Of a stretch of DNA of 64,000 nt, positions 41,972 through 53,977 are shown piece after piece. The first letter of the stretch is position 1. Every line of letters starts with the position of its first letter. The notes beneath the pieces are model-generated. The model was not told where the DNA came from, searched no databases, and saw only the letters and a program-made list of their open reading frames with translations. The stretch covers positions 496,001 through 560,000 of the forward strand of contig CBFFRQ010000030.1 in assembly GCA_965644315.1 (NCBI GenBank), given 5' to 3'. The stretch comes from Caecitellus pseudoparvulus (lineage: Eukaryota; Protista; Bigyra: Bicosoecida). The translations under genes were made by a program, and so were the position numbers.

Positions 41972-44263
41972 TCAGAACCAGAGCAGGGTGCTGACACAAG
42001 CGACTCCCAGCTCGCCCATGCGTGCCTGCGCGGCAGGGCCGACCACGCGCTGCCCACTTGCCTGCCACTTGCTCATGATGGTCTGAGCCTTGATGGCTGT
42101 GAGGGCGCGCTGCTCCTTCAAGTACAGCTGCACGGCTGCTTCATCAGTCCCGACAGACTCCACTGCAGCTTGTAAGTATGCTAGTGCAGTCTGTGCGTGG
42201 CCGTGAATGGCGTGAAACACCGCCATGTTGTGCAGGGCCACGTGGCGATTCGGGTACTGGCTGCCCACTGCCTCCTGCAGGAGCTGCCGGGCCAGGTCAT
42301 GGTGCCCCCACCTTTCCGTGGGTGATGTGAGTCGCACGCATGCCGCATTGTGCGCGAGTGCCCCGAGAAGCGGAGATCGGGGAGGGAGAGCATGGGCAGC
42401 ATGTGCTGCGAGCACGAAGTACTCTGACTCGTTCGCTGGCATTGCTTGAGGGTGGGTCGCCTGCAAGCCCTTTCCGAGAAGGCCCAGGTTTCCCAGGAAT
42501 TCCCGTTTGCGACCCGTAGCCGCCACCTTGCGCAGCTCCTTCATGGCTCGTGGGATGGCGTTGGGGCCAGCAAAGTCCTTGTGGCGCCAGTACAGCTGCG
42601 AGAGCAACACGTGGGGCTCCGCGATGCCGGGTGTCTTGCCAGCCTCCAGCAGCAGCTTCTCTGCTTCCTGCAAGCGCCCTTTGTACAAGTAGTCAGCTCC
42701 CAGGCCGTATGTAGACATGAAGTTGTCCTTTGGGTAGTGCCGCAGGCAGGAGAGGAGCAAAGCCTCCTCGGTGCCCCACTCCGTGTTCCTGTGCTGCACC
42801 AGAGCGAATCTGTGTGTGAGCAGTACTGAAAGTGCAGCAAGCAGCCAGTATACAGCTGGCCTGCCAGGCCTCGCAGGCGGTTGCTTTGACCCCGTGCGAC
42901 CAAGTGCGCAGCAGTGGCTGCATGCGAGCAAGAGAAATTCAGCAGCAATGATGGACGAGCCCAGTGAAGGCAGAAATAAGGTTCTCTCTGCCAGCACAAA
43001 CCCAACCTTGATGAAAAGGTGGGAAGAGGGGAGGTACGCAATGAACAAGATGGCCAGTCCGGTGGCGAGGCGGAGTGCAGTGTGTTGATCCATGTGCTTC
43101 TGCACCAGTTGCTGCTGTCCTTGGTGGAGCATGCCTGCCACTTCTGTCTCCAGGCTTTGCAGCAGGTGCTTCGCAGTGGACTTAGGTGGCTTGCCATCGG
43201 CGCCATCTTCAGCGTGCTGCAAATCGCTTAGCGCAGCGGTCGCTGTCCAGAGTCCCAGCCAGCACACACAAACCCACGCAGCGAGCGTGACGAGGTTGCG
43301 CCAGTCCAGGAGGGACGACACGGGCTGCATGGCGTTATGCTCGTGAGACAGAAAGGTGGGGAAGACGGTCATGCTGAGGCCCAGCGCTTGGACGAAAGCC
43401 AGGGACAGAAACTTCGGCCACGCCTCCAGCTCAACCAGCGGGTTGTGCACAGGCGGTGCTCGGAGGACGTACCCCCCACTCAGGACCCGAATGCGAAGGA
43501 TGTAGATGGCAATGCCTGCGGCCGTGGCTGCCGCTGCATACGCCCACCGGGCTGAGGCAAGGACCGCCTTGGCCAGGGGCACGTGGGCACGACCACGTTG
43601 TTTCGCGGGCGCTGAGATGCCATCTGGTCCATTGGGGAGCAAGACGAAGAGCACAGCTCCAATGAGGGGGAGCACAAGTGCCGTTTCCTTGCACAAGACT
43701 GCCAAGAGTGTGCAGGAAATCAGCCAGGCCAGTGCCTTGAGCGGGGCGGAATGGGCGAGCCAGTGGACCTGCCCCAGCAGTCCCGCCAGGAAGAACACAC
43801 CGCAAGCCGTTTCAGCACGGGATGTTATGTTCGCTACCACTTCGCTGTGGACTGGGCAGGTCGCAAAGAGCAAGGAGGCCAGGGTTGGCAGGAGAGTGCT
43901 CCCCGGCATGAAGCGAAAGATGAGCAAAGCAGCGATGGCACAGCAGGCCGCATGCAGGAGCATGTTGGTCACATGGAACGGTTCCACGGCGCCCTGTCCC
44001 ATCCACCAATTCACCTGAAAAGACAGCACCACCAGGGGCCTGTAGGAGTGGTGTGTCCACGAGTGATTGCGCTGAGGCACAATGTCATTGCCCCAGAAGT
44101 CATGTGCGAAGACATCCCGCAGCGGGCGCTGCTGCACGACGTCCTGGTTCCCAACCACAGCGACCTTGTCATCGTAGGTGAATGCACCGTGCAGTGTGCT
44201 GGCATACATTGCAATGCTCACGCATGCTGCGAGGGCAGCAGCCTCCCACGCTGCAGCGCGCAT
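41972..44263 (-). CDS. TMTC: TMTC-family protein O-mannosyltransferase (DUF1736 plus TPR-like C-terminus)
   Basis: FTYDDKVAVVGNQDV, DFWG, HHSYRPL, FHVTNMLLH, PVHSEVVANITSRAE, CKET, VGFVLAERTLFLPSLG and RNTEW. Confidence 0.9.
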   Translation of the reverse strand: MRAAAWEAAALAACVSIAMYASTLHGAFTYDDKVAVVGNQDVVQQRPLRDVFAHDFWGNDIVPQRNHSWTHHSYRPLVVLSFQVNWWMGQGAVEPFHVTNMLLHAACCAIAALLIFRFMPGSTLLPTLASLLFATCPVHSEVVANITSRAETACGVFFLAGLLGQVHWLAHSAPLKALAWLISCTLLAVLCKETALVLPLIGAVLFVLLPNGPDGISAPAKQRGRAHVPLAKAVLASARWAYAAAATAAGIAIYILRIRVLSGGYVLRAPPVHNPLVELEAWPKFLSLAFVQALGLSMTVFPTFLSHEHNAMQPVSSLLDWRNLVTLAAWVCVCWLGLWTATAALSDLQHAEDGADGKPPKSTAKHLLQSLETEVAGMLHQGQQQLVQKHMDQHTALRLATGLAILFIAYLPSSHLFIKVGFVLAERTLFLPSLGSSIIAAEFLLLACSHCCALGRTGSKQPPARPGRPAVYWLLAALSVLLTHRFALVQHRNTEWGTEEALLLSCLRHYPKDNFMSTYGLGADYLYKGRLQEAEKLLLEAGKTPGIAEPHVLLSQLYWRHKDFAGPNAIPRAMKELRKVAATGRKREFLGNLGLLGKGLQATHPQAMPANESEYFVLAAHAAHALPPRSPLLGALAHNAACVRLTSPTERWGHHDLARQLLQEAVGSQYPNRHVALHNMAVFHAIHGHAQTALAYLQAAVESVGTDEAAVQLYLKEQRALTAIKAQTIMSKWQASGQRVVGPAAQARMGELGVACVSTLLWF

Positions 44264-44416
44264 GGCGTTTCAAATGGAAACGCAGGGAGCCCTTGCACGC
44301 CCAAGCGCATGCTCCTGGGCAGAGCAAAGCGTACAGCTACGAATGTGCAAGGTGAAGACTAAGTGCGTTGCTGTGTGCGGTGTGCTGGCTTGCCAGCACG
44401 TTTTAAATTGCTGCCA

Positions 44417-45623
44417 TCACAACTTGGTGGCAAAGTCGTCCGTGGCATCCATGAGCTCGGCTGAGATACCAGGCTCGAAGCAAGAGTGACCAGCGTCCTG
44501 CACCATTGTTAGCTTGGCCTCTGGCCACGCCCGGTGCAGGTCCCACGCAGAGCGAGCGGGGCAGACAATGTCGTAGCGGCCCTGCACGATGACGGTGGGC
44601 ACGTCGCGGATGGCGTCCACATTCTCCAGGATCCACTCGTCTGTCTCGAAGAAGCCGCCGTTCGTGAAGTAGTGGCACTCGATGCGCGCAAACGCGTCGG
44701 CGAACTCGTCCCCACCGTACTTCTTCACAGCCTCGGTGTCCACCCACAGCTTGCTCGTGCTGCCCTCCCAGATGGACCACGCGGCAGCTGCAGCCTTGCG
44801 CACTTCACGGTCGTCGCTGGTCAGGCGCTTGTAGTAAGCAGTCATGAGGTCCCCCCGCTCCTCCTCGGGGATGGCGTCCAGGTACGATTCCCACGCGTCA
44901 GGGTAGATGAAGGAGCCGCCCTCTTGGTAGAACCACAGCAGCTCCTTGCGGCGCAGCATGAAGATGCCACGCAGCACCAGGGCCTTCACCTGGGCGCGGT
45001 GCTTGATGGCGTACGTGAGGGAGAGCGTGCTGCCCCACGACCCGCCGAACACCACCCAGGTGTCCACGCCCAAGTGCTGCCGCAGTTGCTCCATATCGCC
45101 CACCAAGTGCCACGTCGTGTTGTCCTCCAGGCTAGCATGCGGCGTGGACTTGCCGCATCCGCGCTGGTCAAATTGGATGATGCGGTACTTCTCAGCGTCG
45201 AAGAACTGCCGGTACTTGGCCACTGTGCAAGGCAGCGCGCCAGTGCGCCTGGGCGCTGATGCTCAAGCATGCTGAGCAAGCACTCACACGAGCCGCCACC
45301 AGGGCCACCATGCACAACAACGACAGGAATGCCCTCGGGGTTTCCTGCCTCCTGCTCAAGAGAAAGCAGCAAGGTTGTTAGACGTACTGTGTTGTTGCGG
45401 CGTGGTGCTGAGGAAACCGCACCTCGTAGTAAATCGTGTGGATGTCCGAGACCTTGAGCATTCCAGTGTTGTACGTGTCCACTGGAGGGTACAGCTCGCG
45501 GCGTTTGCTGGTGAGTTCGGCGGCTGCTGCAGCCATGGTTCGACGCAGTGAGGTGGGAGGTAGGAAGCGTGGTAGGGACCAAGTCAATTTCCGCGCAAGT
45601 CGAGCTGCAGGGCGCAGGAGCAT
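44417..45623 (-). CDS. pip: Proline iminopeptidase (peptidase S33); possible mitochondrial presequence
   Basis: LYPP..GMLKVSDIHTIYYE, HGGPGGG, FDQRGCGKS, nucleophile GGSWGS, QGRYD and AGHS. Two introns. In-frame ATGs at 45623 and 45536. Confidence 0.93.
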
Positions 45624-45942
45624 GGCAGCGCAGGCGCGAGAGGGGTGGCGAGTTGTGGGGCGCGAGGTGGAGTCTGGAATGAAAGTGTTTACGGCACACA
45701 GTGGCCTGGGGCAGAGCTCTGCACCGAGTGTCAATCGGCTGGGACAGCCTGGACATGCCTGAGCACACAGCAACCAAGTTAGCCGTGGGCAAAATTCAAC
45801 AGGCCTGAACGTGTTACAGTTGACTTGCACCTGGCCTGCCTGCGGGCGAGTCTGTTAGTGTGGACCTGCGCTGTCTGCGCACAGCCGAGCTTGCGCGGAA
45901 TTTGCTCACGCTCTGCCGCACTTCTTGGCATGCCCTTGCAGC

Positions 45943-48895
45943 ATGGCAGAGCCCGGGTCTGAGCAGTCGGGGCAGGGTGCTTTTACACAATCGGTAGGTT
46001 CAGTGCAGCTTCGCGCCAGCAGCCCTCCCTCGCTGCACGATGCCCAAGGCCCACCTACCACAGCCAAGGTTTGGACTGGCTGCAATGGGAGGCTTGTGGC
46101 CGCAGCAGCCCTCCCGTGGCCGCAAACGCCACAGGGAAGCAGCTCAGCACGCCCGCGAAGCATCTCGTGGCTCTGCCTTGCATTTGGGTCGACCCCTCTC
46201 TGCGACCCCGCCTGGCCTGGCGCAGCTGCTATCCCAGCGAGTTCGCGGCAGCCAGGGCAGCATTGTTATGCCAGTCAGCGAGCCGCCACGCCATGCAAGC
46301 AGCTCAGACCCGAGCGGGGACTGCAAGAAGGCTGAGTGTCAAGCAGTGATAACTTCTAGTGGGAAGCAGCTCTTCAACGCGACCTTACAGGTGCGAGCCC
46401 GCCTGCGTTGACGAGTCACCTCCTCGCAACGCCACGCGCACACGCCTGCCCTGCTGTCTCAGACCTGCGCCGGCAAGGAGTTCACCTTACGACTAGATTT
46501 GGAGTTCAAGAAGTATACCGACCCACCCTTTAGAAACCTCGTGCTGCCCCCTGACTGTGGCCGAATTGTACGAGCCTGTGCAACGCAGCGCCACTCAAGC
46601 CCAGGCCACACGTCAACTGCGCCACCTTCACAGGACGTCACACCTCTGGAGTTGAAAAACAAGGAGACCAGCTCGCATGCTGTCTTGTTGAGTCTGTCCC
46701 CTACCGCCCGCCAGAGAATGGAGCAGCTGTGGCGCACGCAGGGTGTGACGTGGACAGGCACGCTGCTGTACAGTACGGCACAAGCCCCAGCCAACACAGA
46801 GCATGCAGTCCTGCTAGTTTATATGTCCCACTTCGACACACACGTTGATGCTGTGCTGGAACAAGCGGGCTTGCCCTCACGCCAGCCCGTGACCGAGACC
46901 CTCCTGAAGGCAGCCTTGGACGGCGCCCATGACGCGTTTCCAGGGCTTTCTCACGCATGGAGCTACCTAGCGGCGCAAAGCCGCACACCCCAGCCTGCCC
47001 CTGTGAGAACAGACACCGTGTACGTGAGCTCTCGCTTCACCAGGCCCGTGCAGGTGCCTTCAGCGTCGCCCAACCGCACGGCTTCCTCAGCTGGCTCCAC
47101 GAGCGACGCTGCCTCGACGGCACGCTCTCGGTACCAGAGTCAGAAGTCAGCTCTGTGTGCAATAGCTGCAGAACACAGGCTCCGAGAAACCAGGAGGGTG
47201 GGGGTGCCGAGTCGCTCCGAGAAGCCCTCCGCTGCCCGCTCCGCTGCTGTGCCTGCAACTGCTGCCAGCCTGGCGGCCCTGTCCACCCCGGCGACAGGGC
47301 AGTGGGACAGCTCACCGTCGCCTCCCAGGACGCGCCGGCGGTCGAGGCGCAGCCGGACCGCGGAGCTATCCCACGAAGCTCTGTACACCTACCCCGCTCG
47401 CGCTTCGGCAGTGCTGCAGTACATGCAGCAGCGCGGGTTGCTGCCGCAAGACTGTGCCCAGAACAGTCAAGACAGCTCAGCGGCGGTGTCCATGTCGCAG
47501 TCCACAGAAAGCACGGAAGCAGAGTCGTTGAGTGACAGCGACAGTGCGGGCAGCGCTATCGTGCTGTCTGATTCGGGGGATGAGACCCCGGCAGCCACTG
47601 CAGCAGGGGCGGGGCCCCACTTCGGACAGGAAGCGAGCCCCACCGGCCCACTGCCGTCGGTCGTCTCACCGGCAGAGCTGGCGAAGTTTGGGAGTCGGTA
47701 TCGCCCCCCCCCTCGCGAGGCGGGGGTGCCGCTGTCTGAGCTGGACTTGGCGTCGCTGCAGGGCAAGGCGTACCTGAACGATGCGGTGATTGACGCGGTG
47801 CTGAAGTTGCGTTTGCGGCGCGGCGTGAACCATGACACTCGATCAGGTGTGCATATTATGAGCAGCTTGTTTTACAAGCAGCTGTGCAGCATCGAGCAGC
47901 CCAAGTCGGGTGGGGATGTGCTGCACCGCATGCTGCCCGCTGCGACGGCTGTGCGTGGCTGGACGAAGCGCGTGGACTTGTTCTCCAAGCGCCTCATCAT
48001 CGTGCCTGTGAACCACGCCATGCACTGGTCGTTGGCGGTGATCGTGCAGCCCGCTTCTTGGGCTGCCCACATGCGCGCGTGGGCTGCGAGCGACCCCGAA
48101 GGCACCGTGGCAGAGCGCCTGCTGTCCGTGAACAAGCACTCCAAGGCGGTCGCGGAGCCGTGCATTTTCCTCTTGGATAGCCTGGGCATTCACCGCCCAA
48201 AGGACATCTGCAGGGCCCTGCGTGCGTGGCTGGTGTGGGAGTTTATTTGGGTTGAGGGGCTGGAGGAGCTCCCGGCCAACCTGCCACCACAGTGCCTGCT
48301 GCCGTACATGTCACTTCAGGTGCGCCAGCAAGACAATAGTTATGACTGCGGCATATATCTGCTGTGCAACGCTGAGCTGGTGCTGTCTGCTGCAGCGAAC
48401 GACAGTCTCAGGGTTCCGTTTGAGAGGAAGCAAGGGCTGCATGTGTGGCACACGGCGCAGAAACGCCTCCTGGCACGGGTGCTGTTGAGCTTCAAGGAGA
48501 GCACTCTGAACCCAAAGCTGGCACGGGACGTGCGTAAGCGACTGCACCGGCTGTTAGTTGCCATGAAGTCGCCGACGCTGTGCCTGCACTACTCCATCCC
48601 ATGGCAAGACGGCATGTCCCGCGCCAAGGCAGTGGACGACCTGCACCCTGCCCTCAGCCTGCAAGGCGCGCCCACCGCCCGGCAGCTCGAGACCTGCATG
48701 CAGGGATTGAACCCGTCTAGGACACCGCTGGGCGCAGTGCTGCTGCAGGCGGCAGACGCTGAACAGGAACGGGCAGCTGCCCCGGCAGCGGGCGGCTCGT
48801 CGGAACCCGAGACGCAGCAAGGGGTGGACGCCGCGACCATACTCGGGGGACTCAGCCGGCGCCGCAAGACACGGGGGCGGGCGTGGCTGGGCTGA
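45943..48895 (+). CDS. SUMO-specific cysteine protease (Ulp/SENP, peptidase C48)
   Basis: YLNDAVID, SSLFYKQL, VRGWTKRVDLFSKRLIIVPVNHAMHWSL (His), LLDSL (Asp), QQDNSYDCG (Gln/Cys). The 5' exons are uncertain; intron ~46391-46462. Confidence 0.88.
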
Positions 48896-49041
48896 GGGAG
48901 CTAATGTGTGCATTCGCCGAGGCACTGCGGGCCTGGGTGCTGGCGCAAGGTGCCGCCTGCCCCGACACGCTGCCCGCGTGACGCCCAGGCCCAGTCATAA
49001 GACGTACAGGCCCTTCCCTTGCCAGGACAAAACCCTGCACC

Positions 49042-50049
49042 TTACGTGAGCATGTCGATGAGGGAGTCGCGCATCTCGGCAGAGAGGCCGCCACCAGAGG
49101 CGGCAGCAGCTGCTGCGGTCCCTGTAGTTGCGCCAGTGGCACCCGCGGCACCCGCCTTGCCGGGGGCGACGGCATCCTGCAGCTTGAAGATGTGCTCGAT
49201 GACGCTGAGTTCTGTGGAGGTGGTGTCGGTGCCGCAGAATGCAGTCCAGTCGTTGGCCACCATGCCGGTTCCCAGCACGTCACTGCCTCGGTTGACAGTG
49301 CCAGCGACAAGGGGCACCTGCAAGAGGGAGGAGAGCTCCTCTTGGTCCTCCAGGCTGGTGCGGGGGTGCACCAGGCCGCCCTGGTTCGTGATGACGGAGT
49401 ATGACCCGACGAGGGCGTTGCCTGCCACGGTGGCGCGGAAGACCTCCACGCCCAGGGTGTCAGCGATGATTTCCTCCGTCTCCTTGTCCAGGTCAGTGTG
49501 GATGATGGCGACGTGGTCGTTCACGGAGATGCAGTTGCCCAGGGAGTTCAGGCGCTCGTCCACGCGCTGCACGACAACCTTGTCCGGGAGCAGGTTGCGG
49601 ATGTGCTGCAGCTCTGTGTCTGTGGTGGTGCTGGGCACCAGGAGGCCCTTGCTGTTACCTGTAATCGCAACACAGGCGTGTCTTGTGCGCAAGGGAGTCG
49701 CTGCGCCCGCCCTACAAGGCGTTCGGGGCCAGGGCCGGCGGCGTGGTGCTGGGCGTTTCCATGTTCCGCAGTTCCTCACCTGCCGTAGCCCGCCCGACGA
49801 ACTTGCAGTCGGCGATGGTGGTCCTGACGATGGGGATGACACCGCCAAGCTCTGCTTCAAAGACGCTGTAAAAGCTCTGGGAGCCGCCGTCGCACACGAG
49901 GCAGTAGCCATTTGTGAGCTTGGCAAAGACACCGATTTCGCTGCTGCCTTCGTACTGGCAGCCTGAGCAAAGCGGGTGGGGCAGGGTTTCAGTGCACAGT
50001 GCGCCCAGGGTGTGGTGTGTGCCAGTGACAGCCACCTACGGTTTGCCAT
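49042..50049 (-). CDS. EIF6: Eukaryotic translation initiation factor 6
   Basis: MANR|[74 protein letters not shown] and MRDSLID. Two introns. Confidence 0.96.
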   Translation of the reverse strand: MANRRWLSLAHTTPWAHCALKPCPTRFAQAASTKAAAKSVSLPSSQMATASCATAAPRAFTASLKQSLAVSSPSSGPPSPTASSSGGLRQVRNCGTWKRPAPRRRPWPRTPCRAGAATPLRTRHACVAITGNSKGLLVPSTTTDTELQHIRNLLPDKVVVQRVDERLNSLGNCISVNDHVAIIHTDLDKETEEIIADTLGVEVFRATVAGNALVGSYSVITNQGGLVHPRTSLEDQEELSSLLQVPLVAGTVNRGSDVLGTGMVANDWTAFCGTDTTSTELSVIEHIFKLQDAVAPGKAGAAGATGATTGTAAAAAASGGGLSAEMRDSLIDMLT

Positions 50050-50286
50050 GGTTGCTGTCGGCTGTCGAGGCTGTGATCGGGACGAGTGGCTTTGCACGAG
50101 GTGAAACGCCGAGCCAGGTGAAGCGCCGAAGTGGCTGCAGGTCAGTGCATTGGCACGGCGGAGCACTGAAACGTGTGCAGGGTTTTGTGAGTAGATATTT
50201 GTCATGGCCAGGGCGATGCTGAGAGTACCCTGTGTTTGGTGTGCCATGCGAGGGGGGGCAGGTTCTGGGAACTGTGTGAGGCAAGC

Positions 50287-51445
50287 TCAGTCTGCCTTCA
50301 CAGTGGTGGGCACGGCAGACGTGACTGCCTGCGCGACCAGCCCCAAGAGCGGGAAGAACACCAGTGCTAGGACGATGTTGTACAGTGTGTGTGCCGTGGC
50401 CACGACGCCGCCCACCGGCACCTCCTCGCCCGGCAGTGAGACAAAGCTCGCCACCAGCGGCGTGAGCATGCCGAGCAGCGGCAGCAGAGCCAGGGATATG
50501 GCGGTCTTCATGAGGGTGTACGCGAGGGAGAAACGCAGGGGTGCCACCTTGCCCTCGCTCCAGGCAGGGAAGGCGGCAAACAGCGGTGCTGCCGTTGTGC
50601 CGATGTTGCTGCCCAGCACGAAGGCCATGCCCACATGCAGGGGCAGCAAGCCTTGCTGCGCCAGAGCAATGGCGATGCCCAGCATGGCAGAGCTGCGGGG
50701 AGGGAGGGGAGCGGGCATGCCGTGCGGTGTGAGCGGCGCACTGCCACAAGCACCCTCCACGCACCTGGAATTCAGCACCATTGTCGCGACAGCAGAGACA
50801 AGCAGGCCCAAGAGGGGGTTGGACAGGGAGCTCTGCGCGAGGTTGGGTACCAAAGGCGGGCAATGCAGCGGCTGCACGGCAGTGGGGTCATGCGGGTGAG
50901 CGGCAACGCACGATGAAGTCGAGGAATGGCTGGTGCGTTTTGAGCGGCCCGATGGCGCTGCTCATGTGCCCCATGCCGAGGAACATGAGGCCCATGCCGG
51001 TGATGGCGCTGCCTGCCAGCTTGCCAGTGTTGTTGCGCCACAGGTTGGGCAGGATGAAGCGCCCGAAGGCGGCGAGGGGCAGCGCGTACTGGGTGAGCTT
51101 GAACGCGACAAGGTGTGGCGTGAGCGTGGAGCCGACGCAGATGCCCAGGCAGAAGCCCAGGCTGTCAGGCAGGCTCATCATGTCAGCTTCCAGCAAGTCC
51201 ACCACCAGCACCGACGTGGCGGTGGCGCTGTTCAAGGCTGCCGTCGCAACAGTTCCCGTGAGCACTGCGCTCCACCTGGCAGAGCAAGCCGCTTCGATTC
51301 CACTTTGCAAGGAAGACCCCAGGGCCTTCTGCAGGTTGCTGCTCAGCACCTTCATGCCGAACATGAACACTGCCACGGCCCCAAACAAGTTCAGGGCCAG
51401 CATGGGCCAGTTAATGCCGCCATCGTCGTCGCCGGCTTGCCCCAT
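50287..51445 (-). CDS. Na+/phosphate cotransporter, NptA/YjbB (SLC34/PF02690) type
   Basis: LFGAVAVFMFGMKVLSSNL, GTVATAALNSATATSVLVV, G.GLMFLGM.HMS.AI.PL, NPLLGLLVSAVATMVLNSS|SAMLGI, LGSNIGTT and AHTLYNI: two internal repeats. Two introns. Confidence 0.87.
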
Positions 51446-51629
51446 ATTCCGCAAACTGCACGTGGAATGGAAGGTGCGCACGCCACGAGTGACGGGGCGG
51501 CCACAGGCGGCGCAGAACGCCCTGCTGTGTGCCCTACAGTTGCAATCAGCAGGCGGCTCGTTGCCGGGTGCGGTGCATTGCCCTGCCGTGTCGCGGAATG
51601 TGCCACGAGCACATGTTTGCGCAGCTGCC

Positions 51630-53645
51630 TCAAGCGCGGCCGTACACGCGGGAGTAGTCCTCCTTCACCTCCTGCAGGTACCACTGGCCGGCCTCCACGG
51701 CGCTTGCCGCAGACTGGGGCGTGTACGAGTTAGCCCCATACACAGCCTTGCGGGCATCCAGCGCCTGGGTGAAGGCGGCAGGGTCCACGGCAGCACGGCT
51801 TGCCAGGCGTGCTGGCACATCGGCAGCATCGGCGATGCCCTGCAGGGTGAAGGGCTTGTCTCCGCGAGCTCCCAGAGGGTGCTCGTACCCGTTCAGCTGG
51901 GCCAGGGTGGGGGTGCCAGTGACACTGCTGGCGTGGGTGAGAGTGTCAAGGTATTGGTCGGCGGCGGTGTCTACGCCCTGCACACCGTACATGGAGGCGA
52001 TGGCGCCAGAGCCGTAGGAGAAGACGCACGCCTTCTTGTCGACCAGGCCAGCGCCCTGGGCAGACACCAGGGACAGCAGGTTGAAGAAGACAGCGGCGGT
52101 GTAGGTGTTGCCGATCTGCTGGCTGACAGCGGCACCTGGGCCCACCATGGCCTCGTAGAAACGCCCTGCCACCTGCATGGACGCCTTCATCAGGTCACGG
52201 TCCGTGATGCTGGCCGTGTAGTCCATGTCCACGAAGTCGGCGAGCGGCGCCAGGTGCTCAGGCAGCTCCATGCCCGCTGCCGCATAGCGCCGGGCGTCGT
52301 TCACGAACAGCCGCGCGAAGCTCTGCTGCACGAGCTTGTTGTAGGGGGAGTGGAAGATGGAGAAGTCGTACGCCTTCAGCAGGTCGGGCACGGCGGCGGC
52401 GTCACCCGCCTGGCGGCCCACCTTGGCCATGTGCCGGTTGTAGCAGTCGTCCACCGCCTCGATGTAGCAGCTCTGGGACAGCTTGCCGTCCACGACGGGG
52501 TACTCCGAAGACAGCACGGGCTTGTAGAAGTCGTACACGTCCACGGCATGCGTGACGCGGGTCTGGGGCACGAGGCGCAGCGGGGCGCCTGGGCCCACCA
52601 GTACCGCCACCGCGCCAGCGCCACCCGTGGGACGGGCCGCGCCCTCCTCGTACACGGCGATGTCTGCCGCTACGGCCAGGGCATACCGGCCGTCCCAGGC
52701 AGAGGACTCGACCCAGGCGGCGGAGTTGAAGAGGGCCGCGGAGCCGCCGTAGCAGGCGTTCATGGTGGTGGCGCCTTCGACGTCGCGGTTGCCGTGGGAC
52801 TCGAAGAAGTGCATGAGGGACGTCTTGGTGCTCTTGCTCTTGTCAGTGAGGCTCTCCGTGCCGACTGTGCGGGGGGGGGGGACAGCGGGGTGGAGGGGCG
52901 CGTAGGCCTCACGCGCCAGGGCGCCAGCGGCTGCGCTGAAGCGGAAATTGCAGCCACCACACCTCACGACAGCCGTCAAACAGGCCACTCACCCTCCAGA
53001 CGCCCCACATCCTTGGGGTCGATGTTGTACTTGTCCAGGAGGTTCTGAACCGCCGTCATGCAGATGGAGGAGGTGTCCTGGTTGTCGCGCACGAACGCCA
53101 TGCCCTTCTGTGCAAGGAGAGCCACTCAACGTGCGAGCCCATTGCAACAGCGACATGTCGCCGACCCAAGGCGCCCCAGGATGGCTAACCAGCATAGGGT
53201 AACAAAGCTACACGGTTCATCCAGCTGTCAGCCCGTGGAGCACCCGGTTCATGAGGGCTCTAGCCGCGGGGGCGGCAAGATGCGCTTGGCAGGAGCAACG
53301 GGGTGTGGCAGGAAACGTACCTGGCCAAGTCCGATGGTGTACTTGCCCTCGCCGACGCCGTAGTACTCTGCAGCGCACACAAGCGGTGAGCATCCATGTA
53401 GGGGTGGTGCGTGTGTGCATGGAGGGGCGGGCCTGGCACGCACGCTCGAGATCTGACTGTGCCACGAACTCGGGCGGAATGTAGGCGTCCATGGCCAGAA
53501 CGCCCACGTTGTGGGACTCGATGGCAGAGGGGCTCAGAGTGGTGAAGGCACGGGCTGAGGCGACGGCAGCAGCAGCCGTGTGGGGGCGGGCGCCCAGCAA
53601 AGCTGCAACGCGGCCGCTGACAGCTGGCGCCTTGGTGGCGGCCAT
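51630..53645 (-). CDS. HMGCS: Hydroxymethylglutaryl-CoA synthase with N-terminal presequence-like extension
   Basis: NVGVLAMDAY.P..V.QSDLE, GKYTIGLGQ, GRLEVGTESLTDKSKS.KT.LM, NACYGGSAALFN, ARPTGGAGAVA, FHSPY.KLVQ, GNTYTAA and FSYGSG. Three introns. Confidence 0.96.
52941..52951 (+). promoter_or_regulatory. GCGGAAATTGC motif copy (HMGCS intron)
   Basis: Exact copy inside intron 52865-52992. Confidence 0.35.
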
Positions 53646-53977
53646 GGTGGTGAGAGGTGGCGTTGGGAGGCTCAGGCAAACACTTGCCAGGAGGCTAAGG
53701 GTCGCAAGAAAGAGCGTGTGGAAGGTGGCAGGGTAGAATGGGAGTTGGAGTTGTGTTTGGTGCGGCACACGTGTGCTGGCCGGGGCTTCGCGCCGGCGAG
53801 GGCCCCTCCCTGGCAACACCACGGGCCCTTCCGTGCGTGCAGATTCCGCAGGGCGCCAGACCGACGGTTGCGCTCAATTTTGAGCACTCTAGTGAATGAA
53901 TCGAGCAATCGAAGCAAGCACTCGCGTGACGACGTAAACACACAAACAAGCACACCTCTGTCAACACACTGCCAGCA

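Noticed and set aside
37792-44263. GRASP, TRAPPC13 and TMTC as a secretory-pathway cluster
   Set aside because: A broad, gene-rich functional category; adjacency is plausible by chance without synteny evidence.
49085-49175. Ala/Gly insertion near the eIF6 C-terminus
   Set aside because: Variable tail region; the same low-complexity expansion occurs in most proteins here.
51442-51449. P1BS-like sequence (GAATATGG on the minus strand) at the Na/Pi transporter start
   Set aside because: It mismatches GNATATNC and overlaps the ATG; I found no perfect P1BS upstream of the transporter or SPX by eye.
50781-53048. 755-aa plus-strand ORF spanning the Na/Pi transporter and HMGCS
   Set aside because: Antisense shadow of two well-supported minus-strand genes; no motifs, and stop-poor antisense frames are expected in GC-rich CDS.
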